A stretch of 64,000 bases of DNA, from NCBI GenBank assembly GCA_013265495.1, contig MU062600.1, positions 3,261,380 to 3,325,379 of the forward strand, given 5' to 3'. Under the pieces are notes generated by a model that worked only from the letters and a program-made list of their open reading frames with translations, had not been told where the DNA came from and ran no database searches. Both the position numbers and the translations under genes were made by a program. Shown piece after piece: positions 1 through 12,830 of the stretch. Source of the stretch: Vicugna vicugna (Eukaryota). The first letter of the stretch is position 1. Each line of letters begins with the position of its first letter.

Positions 1-309
1 AGTTGTCATGGGAGCTCTAAGAGGGAGTCAGTCTTCGCTTCTTCCAGCTGCCGGTGGCTCAGGCGCTCTTGGCTCGTGGCTGTCTCAATCCAGCCTCTGC
101 CTCCATCTTCACATGGTCTTCTGTTCTCTGTGTCTGTCTTCTCCTCTTCTGCCACTTGTAAGGACACTTGTCATTGGATTTTGGGCTCACCCATGTAATC
201 TCTTAACTTAATGACATCTGTAGTGACTCATTCTAAAAGGTCACATTCACAGGTCCCAGGGTTAGGAAGTAAACAGATCTTTTGGGGAATCACCATTCAA
301 CCCAGCACA
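1..309 (-). mobile_element. MaLR LTR, MLT1C/D-like (partial)
   Basis: Characteristic MLT1 text: ctctgcctccatcttcacatgg...taaggacacttgtcattggatt...aaggtcacattcacagg...cattcaacccagcaca terminus. Confidence 0.85.
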
Positions 310-389
310 GCAAGTGAGGATGCAAACCACCGTGTGGGATCCCAGCAGCGCTCCGGTATCACCTCATGTGAAAAGTCAGCGATAACTGG

Positions 390-690
390 ATAAAGGTGGT
401 CAGAAGGTACAAACTTACAGTTATATGATAAATAAGTACTAGGGGATGTAATGCATAACATGTTTAATGTCATTAAAACTGTTGTATGTTATATTTGAAA
501 GTTGTTCAGAGAGTTAATCCTAAAAGTTCTCATCACAAGGAGATTTTTTTCTTTTTCTTTTCTTCTGTGGCTCTATGAGATAATGAGTGTCCACTAAACA
601 TACTGTGGTAATTATTCCATGATATACGTAAGTCACATCATTAATGCTGCCCACCTTGAATGTATATAGTGCAATAAAACTGGAAGAAAA
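390..690 (+). mobile_element. L1 3' end fragment (L1MA9-related lineage)
   Basis: aggtacaaacttacagttat...tgaaagttg...aaagttctcatcacaagg...aataaaactggaagaaaaa, a typical L1 3' UTR ending in a polyA signal. Confidence 0.8.
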
Positions 691-1424
691 AGTCATGATG
701 ACAGTGCCTATTATGTTGATGATGGTAACGTGAGCTCCTCAGCATGGGAAATTATATGATACAAAGATAAATCCAGGTCTATTTTAGGAGGAACTGCCAA
801 CTCACCTTCCTGATTGCTGCCTGTTACACGTTCAGCCCGAACCACTGAGTACCACACTGGGTATTTAAGAAGGGGCAGAAATAGTATCCAAAAGGCTGGT
901 GTGACAACCAGAAACCACACAGTATCTGACCCATCACCCAGGCTCACAGACTTGTCAGTCCTGATATCTGGTCACTCCAGCCACATCTTCTGTATCCTGT
1001 CTCTACCTGCTATTTAAATAGAGCTGTGTCCAATAATGACAATTTTTATTTAACATTCACAATAAAAATGCTAATTTTTGAGGATCCAAACTAAAGTTTT
1101 CAGTGAATCTCTACAAGCCCGACTAAGCCACAGCCATCCAGTGAAATCCGCAGACCTAAGACTGTTGTGTTTGTGTCTTATTTTCACTGTGAACTCAAAA
1201 AGACAGGTGGCAGAAAGGCGAGGGGCCAGAGAAGGCAGAATGGGTGCACTCCAACGCTTGTCCCTCAGCTTGGCGTGAACGGGATCGGTGTCTGCAGCCT
1301 GCCACTGTGGTGGGGCCGTTGCTGATCATCGTTGTCATCGAATGGAAGAGGAGGTACTTAGAAGAGAGGGAGTGGGGGGTACAGCAGACCTTTTCCAGCT
1401 GGCGCAGGAGACCAGATTTTAGGA

Positions 1425-1630
1425 CCACTCACTATGTGACTTGGGCAAGTTATTTTACTTCTGCGGATCTCAAATTTCATCATCCCGAGGGAGCCAGACG
1501 ACATTGCGTCTAAGGTCCCTTCCATTTCATACATGCTTGAAACTGCCTTTCATAAAAAAGCACACTAACGCGTGTGTGGATGAAATAACATGTATTAATT
1601 ATTTGATATGTACAAGCACCACACTTGTGC
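1425..1630 (+). mobile_element. MIR SINE fragment
   Basis: cactatgtgacttgggcaagttattttacttct...tttcatcatc core-SINE motif; boundaries approximate. Confidence 0.55.
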
Positions 1631-2049
1631 TCCATTATGTCAGTCTTATTTACTTACGAAGCCTTCAAGCCTATTAATCTTAATAACGCTAACAACAACT
1701 GGTGTTTATTGAACTCTGGTTTCATGACAGGTTGTATACTAATGGGAGTGACTTTATCTGAACTCGGAAGTCCTTCCTCTCTGACATCTGATCACCAGAG
1801 CCACATCTTCTGTCTCTTGTCTCCAATTGCTACTTAAACTAGAGCTGTGCCCAGTAATAATAATTTCATTGAATTTAATTTAATTGAATACTCATCATTA
1901 AAATGCTAATTCTGTTAAATGCTTCAAATACAAGTTTTTAGTGAATCTCTTTAAGCATATAACTAAGCTACAGCAATCCAATGAAGCCAGCTGTAGGTGA
2001 CATTCTTATGATTTCTGAGTTTCACGTGCGTTTGCATGTAAATAATGAA

Positions 2050-2195
2050 ATATACATCACAGTGACTCTGTGAAGGAGGTACCCTGATTATTCCCATTTT
2101 CAGATACGAAAATTGAGGCCTGGAAAGTTTAATCAACTTATCCAAAGTGATACAGCCATGAGGTGGCAGTCATGACTCAAATTCCGGAGTCTTAT
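2050..2195 (-). mobile_element. MIR SINE
   Basis: attcccattttcagatacgaaaattgaggc...aacttatccaaagtgatacagc is the reverse-strand MIR core. Confidence 0.7.
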
Positions 2196-2254
2196 ATTTG
2201 CTGTAATATAAATTCCATGAAGGTAGCAACCATTGCTGTCTAATTTGCTTCTGC

Positions 2255-2322
2255 CTCTCCAGTGCTTAGCACAGTGCCTGGCACAGAGCAAGCGATCAGT
2301 AAATACTTGTGAAATGAATGAA
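2255..2322 (+). mobile_element. L2 LINE 3' end
   Basis: cttagcacagtgcctggcacagag...aaatacttgtgaaatgaatgaa. Confidence 0.65.
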
Positions 2323-3559
2323 GGTCTGACTCCTCTCTCTTCTCTCAACCACTCGGCTGTATACATCATATATCCCAGTGCTCTCTAAGTGGTGACAGTG
2401 GAGACTCCACCAGTGAGCACAGGTAGATTAGCACAGTTCCTTCTATGTCACTCCTGGAAAACCAAGGGAACCAGTTCACATTTTGTTAACCATTGCCCCC
2501 CTCTTTTTGCACAAAGATTGATGGGGCAGTGGGGTATTTATGTCAGGAAGTCCAGGGTGGATAAACCTGTTTCCCTTGGTCTTTGCTCTGGAAATGACAT
2601 TCCCATGGACAGGAGGACCCCGATTTTGCTAGGAAAAGCTGGTTGGCTGATCAGTTGTGTGAGCAACCATCTCCCGTGGGAGCTATGATTAGTTTTCATC
2701 ACACTTCTGCCTTCTGACCACAAATAAGATTGTTTCACTTTTCTCTCACCAGAACTGGCTCCCTGTTAATGCATTTGCAGCCCTAACAGAAAAGAAATGA
2801 GAAGGGAGATGGCGTGAGTGTCCCAACGGCACTCAGCCTGCTAACACTGATGCCGAGCAGGGCAATTCATCCTGTCGGAGTTGACAGAGCGTCCCTGAGA
2901 CAAAGCGGACGCCACGGCTGAAGCCACAGGCTCCCCTAGTGTAGCCACGTCTGTCCAGAACACTAGCATGAGAAGGCGGCCCCCCTGAAGGAAAGGTTTG
3001 CTGCAAGTTGAAAATGCTCAGCTTGGTGGCATCCAAGAGGATTGACTGTTTAGTAAATATTTCCTCGAGAACATTAACTGTGGAACTGGGATGCTTAAGT
3101 AATGCAGATAATTAAATGTTAATAATTAAACATTTATAATGTTTGAAATGTTAAGCTTAATGAGACAGGCGATGTATCAGTAGTAAAGGGGGTCCATGCA
3201 TCCTGAAGATCCGGGTCACCACAGAGGTGGCCTGTGTCGGTTCCCAGCTGAACAGGGATTCAGCCTTTCACTCCAGCTTGGCAAAAAGCAGGTGTCTTCT
3301 GGTGGGCACTACTTTAGGACAGGTGTCCTTACAAAGGCTCTACCCAGAGCAGTGGCGGGGTGTGGGTGAGGGGGGCAGCAGAGATTCTGTAAATGTTTTG
3401 CTAGAAATCACACTTCCAGTCAGAAGGAGCTAGAACTGAAACAAAGATGAATCCACATTTGTTTAGTGAATTATGTGATGGAAATCAGCTCTCTGGAGAG
3501 TTGTTCCATTTAGTCTTTTCTCTTGTGCTTGCTTTCTTATCTTCGATCATTTTCCTTTT

Positions 3560-4000
3560 CCTCCCCAGTAGCTACTTCTCTTCAGTCTAAAAATACTACA
3601 CTCAAGTGTTCCTCGTACAAACAGCATTCTCTCAACATGTCTCCTTGTGAAAGCAGCACTCCTCTCTCCTTTCTTTCCTTATCAAGCTTCTTGAAGGAGT
3701 GGAGTACATTCTGTCCCTCACTCTCTGCAGCCTGATTTCCCTGGTGCGGTAGCCTGACCCTGCCCCCACCAGATCACGCACAAACTGCTCCTACAGAAGT
3801 CATCGATGCTGTACTACCCAACAAAGCCAAGGCTCTCTTAGGACCTCGCCACAGCATCTTATACTGGTAGACTCTGTTCTTCTGAAATCCTCTCCTCCTC
3901 TGGTCTCAGTTCCAGCTTTTCCTCCTGATGCTCCATCTGCCTCTCTGATGACCAGTTTTTAGTTCCTGGCCTGCCCTCAAATGTGAGCTTTTCACCTAAA
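3560..4000 (+). mobile_element. L2 LINE ORF2 remnant
   Basis: Degenerate L2 RT-region text (ggacctcgccacagcatcttatactggtagactc...ttcttctgaaatcctctcctc); boundaries approximate. Confidence 0.55.
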
Positions 4001-4576
4001 TTGTTTTCTTCTCTTCACAAGGACCTACAGAGGAAAATCCAATAGAGACAAAGCCGGAAACATTAATGTGTGAAGTGGATGGAGTAGGAGGGGGTATAAG
4101 ACAATATGGAGCGGTGTGGTCTGTGGCAAATGGATATTGGTTTCCCTAGTGTTAAAGCATTCAAATTGGAATACAATTCAGGGCCCTTACTGACAACAAT
4201 GAATTATAAGCATAAGTATTATTGATCAGGCAGGACAGAGGAGAAGAAGGCATGTTTCTTCCATGTGCTCCTCTGGGAAAGATGGGACTGATATCAGTAC
4301 CAGGGACGGGTTCAGGTTGGTTTCACACACCATCTTACACCAGGAAGTCACTGCAGCGGAGCACAAAGCACACTAGCTAGCTGACCACATTCATTCCCTA
4401 CTCTTCCTTTAAGTCTGCACACACTCTGTCTTGGAAGTGCTCATTGGGTGTTTGCCCTACTTAGTACATTTGTTCCTTCTACAACTCAACAGCCTCAGTT
4501 CTTCCTCATATCACTTTCCATCAAACTATCAATCATTTCCTTTTTTAAAAAAAATTATTGGGAGTTTAACATGGTT

Positions 4577-5525
4577 ATAGACCATGAATAAAAGAAAATG
4601 TTTGCAAAACATATAGCTGATAAGAGGTTAATATCTAAAATATATACAGAACTCATACAACTCAATAGCAAAAAAACCAAAACATCTGATTAAAAAATGG
4701 GCAGAGGAACTGAATAGGCTTTTTTCCAAAGAAGACCTGCAANNNNNNNNNNNNNNNNNNNNNNNNNNNNNNNNNNNNNNNNNNNNNNNNNNNNNNNNNN
4801 NNNNNNNNNNNNNNNNNNNNNNNNNNNNNNNNNNNNNNNNNNNNNNNNNNNNNNNNNNNNNNNNNNNNNNNNNNNNNNNNNNNNNNNNNNNNNNNNNNNN
4901 NNNNNNNNNNNNNNNNNNNNNNNNNNNNNNNAGCCACTATGGTAAACAGTATAAAAGTGCCTTAAAACATTAAATAAAACTACCATATGATCAAGCAATC
5001 CCACTCCTGGGTACATAGCCAAAGNNNNNNNNNNNNNNNNNNNNNNNNNNNNNNNNNNNNNNNNNNNNNNNNNNNNNNNNNNNNNNNNNNNNNNNNNNNN
5101 NNNNNNNNNNNNNNNNNNNNNNNNNNNNNNNNNNNNNNNNNNNNNNNNNNNNNNNNNNNNNNNNNNNNNNNNNNNNNNNNNNNNNNNNNNNNNNNNNNNN
5201 TCCACTTGCCACAACATCGATGGAACTTGAGGGCATTATTCTGTGTGATATAAGATAGAGGAAGACAAATATTGCATAATATCACTTATATGTGAAATCT
5301 TAAAAAAAGGTCAAACTCTTATAAACAGAGAGTAGGAAAGTGGTTGCCATGGCCTGGGGGTGAGGGGAAATAGGAAAAGTTTGGTAAAGGGTACAAACTT
5401 TCAGCTGTAAGATCAGTAAGAGTTGAGGGTCTAATGTGAAACATAGTGACTATAACACTCTAACTAATAACACTGCGTTGTATACTTGAAATTTGCTAAG
5501 AGAGTAGAATTTAAATGTTCTCACC
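4577..5525 (+). mobile_element. 5'-truncated L1 (L1MA9-like), ORF2 end plus partial 3' UTR, flanked by direct repeats; contains two N gaps
   Basis: tgataagaggttaatatctaaaatatat...aaaaaatgggcagagga...taccatatgatcaagcaatcccactcctggg...gaaatttgctaagagagtaga. Near-identical flanks at about 4547-4576 and 5526-5555. Confidence 0.9.
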
Positions 5526-7059
5526 AAAAAATGTTACTGGGAATTTAACATGGTTTTTAATTGTGCTGATAAGTTAATAAGATTATTGTTATTTTTATTG
5601 ATGTTCTGGTTACAAACTCATGGGTTTTGAGTGATCTGCCTCATCCTTATTTCCCCCATAAAGTCCTATCATTTTAGTATGTGATTTTGCAAAACTTTGA
5701 TCTTTCAGAAAACCTTTCATTGTCAAAACATCTAAAGCAACAATCAAAAAGAAATAATAAGCAAAAAACAAAAAGCACCTGCAGGGCTAGTTTAGGACCT
5801 CCTGAAGTGATCTCATTATTACTTTTTTTTTCTTTTTCGGCTTCAGTTAACCACCGCTATGTTGCTGATCCCCAGACCTATATTCTCTGGTCCAGACCAC
5901 TCTCCAGAGAGGGAGATGATACTCAGTTATCTATGAAACATCTCAATGTGGGCTCGCCAAGGAATGTGTCCAAAATGAGCCTCTTATCAGGCCCCTTTCC
6001 ACCCACCAACACACACAAGGGCCCACACACAGGCCCAACCTCTCTTCCTGTTTGAAGCTGGATGGTGACTTTAGAGTCAGTTTTAAGTCTCTCCTCTTTC
6101 CCATTTCCCACCTTCAGTCACAAAGGGTCACAAAGTCCTATCAGTTCTCACTTTGAAATAGCTTTTACATGCGACCGTTCTACACCCAATTCTGCTGTCA
6201 CTTCCCTCTTTGACGACCCCATCTTTCGCCTGAAGAAACCCACCAACCTTGAACCATTTCTCTGACTGCCTCCCTTCTTTGCACCGATGTTCCCCACACA
6301 CTGAGGTTTCAGACAGATGGAGAGAGAGAGACCGTAAGGGGAACTGATGGAAGATGAAATTAGCTGTTCTCAACTTTCCATTCTGGTCAGAATCAGCCTG
6401 GGCTCTTCACGGGCCTTTCTGAAGGGAATGAGATGTGTGGATAAGTGTTACTGTTCAGGAAAATCAGAGAAGAAAAAAGTCAGAAAATATCCTGAGAATT
6501 AACTAAATCTGTTCCATCTGACGGCTGTCAACAGTAAAGAAGGCTGATTTTCTGAGCATCCAGCGTTCAGAAGGTGGTTGGGAGGTATGTGCTGAATGAA
6601 GGCTGGAACACACTTAGGAACCTGGAAACTCCCTGCCCATCGCCCCTGTCCTACTCTGATTTCAGAGTCTTAAAATCCTTCTATCAACAAAGAGAAAGAA
6701 GGACCTATCTTGTATTAAGTCAGAGGATATTTATTTTTCTAGAAAGGACAATAAACACTGGACTGAATTTGGGGGATCTCCTGTTTCTTGGGATCTGACA
6801 AAGGAGAATGGAAATGACCTTGTATCAAGGGAATACTTTATTTTCTAGTCTTATGTCTTTTCCTCTAGTCTTACCTTCTGCTTCTACCCAAAGGAAGCTC
6901 TCTGAGCCTGAATGTGTTCAAGCACAGTTAATTATGCTTAATAAATAAGTTAGAAATTATTTGTCTACTATGATTTTTAAATTTCCACTTGAAATGGTTA
7001 TCTAGAGCAAATTTCTCTGCTTCAAATTCATTCACTAACTTTCAATTACCTGACCAATT

Positions 7060-7830
7060 ATGGATAACCTTCTCACCTGGCATTTAAAGCTCTTCACCCA
7101 CTTACCTTTCCACCTTCAGCCCTCAGCTCATTTACATCAGGACGGGCTGGAGCCCAATGAGCTCCATGCTGCTTTCTGAACATATCCTATCGAAGACCTT
7201 TTCTTGCTTTGGCTTAGTTTTTTTTTTTTTTTCCTATCTGGAATGTCTTCGGTTTGGCTCCTTCTATGATCCTTTGAGGCCCAGATTAATTATTTCCTCC
7301 TTCATGAAGACATTCCTGGTCCCTATCCCCTATACCTTTTAAAAATGGACATGAGGCCTCTTTCTTCTAAATCTTAAATTACATAGAAATTCAAACAATG
7401 ATTATATCCATAAGATATATTACATGGTCCTTCCAAAACCTTGATTGTTTTATCACTCTAGATTATAGTTTTTTTAAATAATTATTTTCTGTGTTAATTT
7501 CTTGACACTGACCATGATGTTGTAATCAATTCTGCATCTCATGGGACAACCAAAGGGCATCTTCAGTTCCTGGATATGATTGATTCTCTGTCTCCTTTGC
7601 CAGCTCCTCTTCTACAGAACTATTACATTGGATCTTTTCAGGGTTCCATCTTGAATTCTCCTAATATCATGTGTTTTTTTTTTCTTTTAATGTTGTCTAC
7701 TTCTATGGATTTAGATAATAATATTTGCCTGCTAACAACTTCCAAATGTGTATCTTCAGTTTCAATTTTTCATTTGGACTTCAAACCCATATAGCTAAAA
7801 GCCAACTCAGATATCTAAGATTCAAGACGT
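7060..7830 (+). mobile_element. L2 LINE fragments
   Basis: ttcctatctggaatgtcttc...tttcctccttcatgaagacattcc and aacaacttccaaatgtgtatcttcag motifs; boundaries approximate. Confidence 0.55.
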
Positions 7831-8849
7831 ATGATTACATCCTTGAACTTCTTTAAATCTAGGAAGGAGAAGAAAAAAGAGGAATCATTTTTTTTAAAGG
7901 AAAATAACCCCTATTAAAAGAAAGAGAAGACTTTTCCAATGGTCCTAGAATTGCCCACTCCTAAAAGGGCCTTAGAATCATCCAGCGCATGTCCTCATTT
8001 GTAGGCAAAACCCCACAACTTCTGGTACAAAGTCCAATGCTCTATCTACTACATCACCACGTAAACTCTGCTATGAACCTTAGAAATATTTTGAGTATCT
8101 AAGATTCATTATCAGTAGCTCAACAATTAATGCAGTTTCAAAAGACAAGAGATTATAAAGCTAAAAATAAATCTTTCAGGTTTATTCCATTTGGGCAACC
8201 TCACTAGTACTACTTAATTACCTGATAATAATGTCCTCTAAATTAAGGACCAACCCCACAATGAACTCCTTCAAAGAGAGGATTCCTTCCACCTCAGACT
8301 CCAGCCACACCTGCACATACCTCAGAGAAAAACATCCTTCAGGGAAACCTGTCAGTGGCCTTTTCTCCAGGGGAAAGGCTCACTCACAGAAGAAACAGGC
8401 CATGATTTTTGCTGTGTATATTTTTCATACTACACTTTCTAGTATAAGCAACCAAATAAACTTCAAGTTTGGTTCTTTCTTCAATCTGAAGATCTGTTTT
8501 TTCAAATAAAAGACAGTAAATCAGATATTTGCTTTAAAGAGCTGGGTACCAAGAAAATAAAAAAGTGACAGACAGGGACAGTATGTATAGTACATATGGC
8601 AACGGCATAAAAACTTAACTACCTAATGAGCTTCAGGTGGATGTAAAAATGCTAAGACCACTGAAAACAAGTCAGAGGACAAGTTACCAAAGGGAGCTGT
8701 ACAATGAACAAAGATGTGCAAACCTTTCAGCCCCACTGGAGGTGTTTTTATTGCCTGCTATTTTTCTTCTGAAAAATTAAGAGTGGTTTTACCTCTGCAG
8801 AAGATCACCTTTCCTGTTACACTCGAGGAAAGTTCAGAGTGCTTGAGGG

Positions 8850-9110
8850 GTGTCGGGAGCCAGACTCTGGTTCTTTCTCATATAAACAAATGATCTCTCA
8901 GAGTCTCTCAGCTTTGGTGAGAAATTGGTACAACACCTCAAAGGGTTATGGTCAGTTATACATGAGATGTTACACGTTCAGGGTCTGGCACAGAAGCCGA
9001 ACCTAGTAATTGTAAGCTCATGAGAGCAGGACTTAATTTGGTTCATGGCTGTATTCCCAGGAGTTAGAAAGGATCTGGACTTTTCAGGCATTTAATAATT
9101 ATTATAATAA
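8850..9110 (+). mobile_element. MIR fragment followed by an L2 3' fragment
   Basis: acacctcaaagggttatgg...agggtctggcacag; tgtaagctcatgagagcaggac...gctgtattcccagg. Confidence 0.5.
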
Positions 9111-11117
9111 TAATTCTTGAATTATTGCATCAAAGTGATTTGAATTACCACCTTGCAACAGACCTTTTTTTCACAAATTCCAAATGTTCTGTGTAAATGC
9201 TACGACCAAAGGTCTTTAGTTTTTGTGCTAAGTTTACCATGCAATTTTTCAACATCTGGATAATTTCTCCTCTTCAAAAAAAAAAATTAAACAAGAAATT
9301 TAAATCATAATAACCAACTAATACAACACTAATTTTATTTCTAAATTATTAATATTATTCCTAGTTATTCAACATTCACAGAAGAATTAAATTGCCAACC
9401 TACACCTGTACATATACGTATTTATTCAATTCAACACGAGTATGCGATGCCTTACTCACTGAATATCGCCACTACTGATGATTTGTGCCTAAATGCTAAC
9501 TCCTGAATAGAGCTCATGGTTTTATGGGTCTTTGGTGGGATTTTTAAAAAAGAAATTCTGCATGACAGATGATATTAAAAAGGAGAAAACCCATAATCTG
9601 ATTTTCCCCCCTATTTAGACATTGTATTGGTTTCCTTTTATTAATCTCAGCAACAGAATCATTTTGACGTACTATTGTTATTTTTTCCTCATTTCCCACA
9701 TATTTCCAAAAAAGGTTTTAGAGTAGTCCATTTTAACATGCTGTTATGTCTTCAATATTTGGTTCCCTGGAAGCAGCTGTAAAATTGAGTATACACAGCT
9801 AGCTCAGAATAACATACCATGGAAGCAATTTTCTTGTGACAAATAAATAAAAGTGTTTATTACATGCCCACATACCTAATCTGCTGCAGTAATTTCTATT
9901 AAATCAGAAATTAGGCAAAGTGAAACCTGACTTAGAAAACAACCAAGAGCAGAATGAAATGAAAATAATTATAGTCTAATTTGTGAATAGTGCATACAGC
10001 TTTAAAGCATTACCTACAGTTTCATAAATATAATTGATTAGCTCAAAATTTCAAAATCATGCCCCAAGACCCCACGGAGGCTTTCTGAAAGGGGGCTGTC
10101 TATCTCTTTCTTTCTTTTTTTTCTTTCCTTCAGGATTGCTTCAGAGGATCTGCCAAGCAAAGGCTTCCCTTTTAACCCGTTAATAACTACTAAAATATTC
10201 ACAGTATTCCCCTGGCTTCCACCACATCTCACATCGCCAGGTTTTAGCATGCAGGCCTTATTCTCAACCCAATTACCTGGATATGAAGCAGGAATTTCGC
10301 AGCTGTCACCAAACACCTATACCATTTTAGAAAGGCATTGCTATCAATAACCAAAAAACGGGCATTTTATTGCAGACAGTATGTGAAATTACACCTCACT
10401 GACAAAAGCATTGCAGAACTCGGGTGATAATATTATTATAGTAATTACCATATGTCTTACATCAAATGCAACTCCAGTTTTGTTATCATTCAGGTTTCTA
10501 GAAGGAGATAGGAGAGAGCTGTCACAGTTAGACAGTTTGTCCTCTATTCACCTGCCAGCTAGGCTTTCTATTCTACTAAAGGAAATACAATTATAACTCC
10601 ATTTGCATTGAGAACAAGAGGAGCCCTGGGTTAATTACAGGTAAGGTTCTGTTTACATTCCCTGGGGCTAGCCACAGCCAGATTCCATTTCTGAGGTGAA
10701 AAAAGCTGCTGGAGTTTGAACTAAAGCCACATTTTTTTTTTCTTCTACTCTTGAAATTCTGTGTGGCCAAAGGGAGGCTGTCACTCAAAAATCTTCCAAA
10801 TGTAACCTCAGGAACCTCCATTTTCCAGAGTCTGAATGTAGTTAAGGTAAGGTCAGAACCCAAAGCCTAGACAAAAGCAAAGAAGGATGGAGGTTTGAGG
10901 CCGTTCATGTGACGATCAGGAAAAGAGGGTGGCAACATGTTTATTATTAGTGTTATATAATCACTTGATTTAAAATGTAAAACAAAGGAGTAGTAACAGG
11001 AGAGAGCCTGAATGCCCGTTCACTAAGAGGGCTGACTATTTACTGACAGCAGATGGAGTTTTGGAAAAATGATTTTCTTCATCTGTAAGGCTTCTTGGCC
11101 TCTTTTGGTTTTCAGGA

Positions 11118-11141
11118 TTTTTTTTTTTTTTTTTTTTTTTT
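11118..11141. repeat. Poly(T)24 tract
   Basis: Direct read of 24 consecutive T. Confidence 0.9.
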
Positions 11142-12449
11142 GGCCAAGGAAAGGATGCTGTACTAACCTCAGCTGGTGTCAGGGATGTGTCTCCGGACTC
11201 CTGAGTTCATAGAAGAGAATGATTTCTCCGGATTTAGATTCAGCTTTCCAAAAATAGGGGTACAGTAAGTCTTCTGCCGTTTGTGGTCTTGCCAAGGTAA
11301 TCGCAGACCGTTTACCCGTCTGGTTACAATCTAATAATCTTCTAAATTCTGTATAGTACTCTAGGTGTGTAAAGCCAGCCTCTCCCAGTCATTGTCCATC
11401 ATACCTCTCTATTTTATTTTGCTCATACTTATTACTTATTATCTGATATGTCCTTTTTTTTATTACATATTTGTTTAGTTGTTTCTTTTTGGTTTCATTC
11501 TCTCTGCCTTCTCCCATCACATGCACATAAGAATGCTAGCTCCCTGAAAGCAGGCTCTTTATTTGGAGCCTAGAACAGCGCTAGACACATAACAGGTTCT
11601 TAATCATTATATTAAATGTAGAATAAACTGGTATAATAAGTTCAGAAGATCTGAATGTTGGCCCTGGCAGTAACCACCGCCAGAGCGCCCTCTGTACACA
11701 GATGAGATGATGTAGATACAGAGGGTGCTTTCTTTGCAGGCCATTTCTCTAGGAGCAAAATTTTGAGATACATTCAAGAAATAAAATAAAAACAATTCTA
11801 GTTTTATGGTCCTAGATTCTTCTAAAGAAAAGACAAGCTATCTCTAAAAGAGCTGTAATGCATGCACAGTTTCCAGAAGAACCGTCTTAGAGAAAAATGA
11901 GGGATGATTCTGACCTCGTTTTACTTAAATCAGAAGAAGAAAGAGATGGGAACTGAAAGTAGTCCCAGTGGGAAGGATAAAGTAAAGCAATAGACTCCCT
12001 CTCTAGTGAGGATGGTGGCAGAGGCCATCTCATGCAAGGAATTCGTCCTACACATTCCTTATTTCCACCCTGAAGACCTAAATTATGTGTGTTATCTGTG
12101 TGACTCTGCTAAGTTAAAAAAAGGAAACAAGACAAAAGTGTAGTTTGTCAAGAGGCATGAAAACCATTCATGAGGGCAAGAGGGGTGGCCTTGGCAACAG
12201 CTTTGGAAACTGGACTGTTTCTCACTTTAATGGAGACAAACCAAAATCCTGCCGCCTTCAACTCCCAGGGAGATTCCATTACGGAATCAGCTTTGGAGAG
12301 CTTCTCAGCTCCTCATAGAAGCTGAGCTGTACTCGGCAAGACTCTCATTTGTGTCCAGCGCACTTGCCGTCTCATTCCCAACAGCAGTTGTACACGTTTG
12401 TCCACTTTCCTGAAGCCCCTGCTCAACAGTATCCCACTTACTCTCAGCA

Positions 12450-12830
12450 GATGGCAAGACTGAATTCACGTAAATCCCCTGACTTCTCACCTGCACGCTT
12501 ACTTCCACATGTATGCTAATTTCTTTCCTTCTAGTCTGAGAGAAAGGCGTCTTCCCCCATCTCTGGCTAATTCTTCATGCTGTCCACCCGACCTGTGCCC
12601 TGTCACAAAATCCTGGACCTCACTCGAGCAATAATCCTCTTCTTTCCCATACCGACAACCTCCCTTCTAGTGACTCTTCATGGCCAGCAAACGTAAAAGT
12701 CTCCTCCATCGTTTAAGGAAAACTCTTTCCTTGACTCATTATTCCCCTTTGTGAATTCCTCTATGGGAATATTTACCTCTACTTCTTCATCCCTAAGTTA
12801 TTTAGTGACTCATTAAAATCCAACTTCCAA
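12450..12830 (+). mobile_element. L2 LINE remnant
   Basis: Pyrimidine-rich degenerate L2 text (tctccccatc..., aatccaacttccaaccc); weak match. Confidence 0.45.

Noticed and set aside
4662-5285. ORFs containing long X runs (also near 30.2-30.7, 32.0-32.7, 35.3-35.6 and 56.4-56.8 kb)
   Set aside because: Artefacts of translating through N gaps.
12304-12326. Hairpin ctcagct-N9-agctgag
   Set aside because: A 7-bp stem is expected by chance in 64 kb, and there is no extended pairing.
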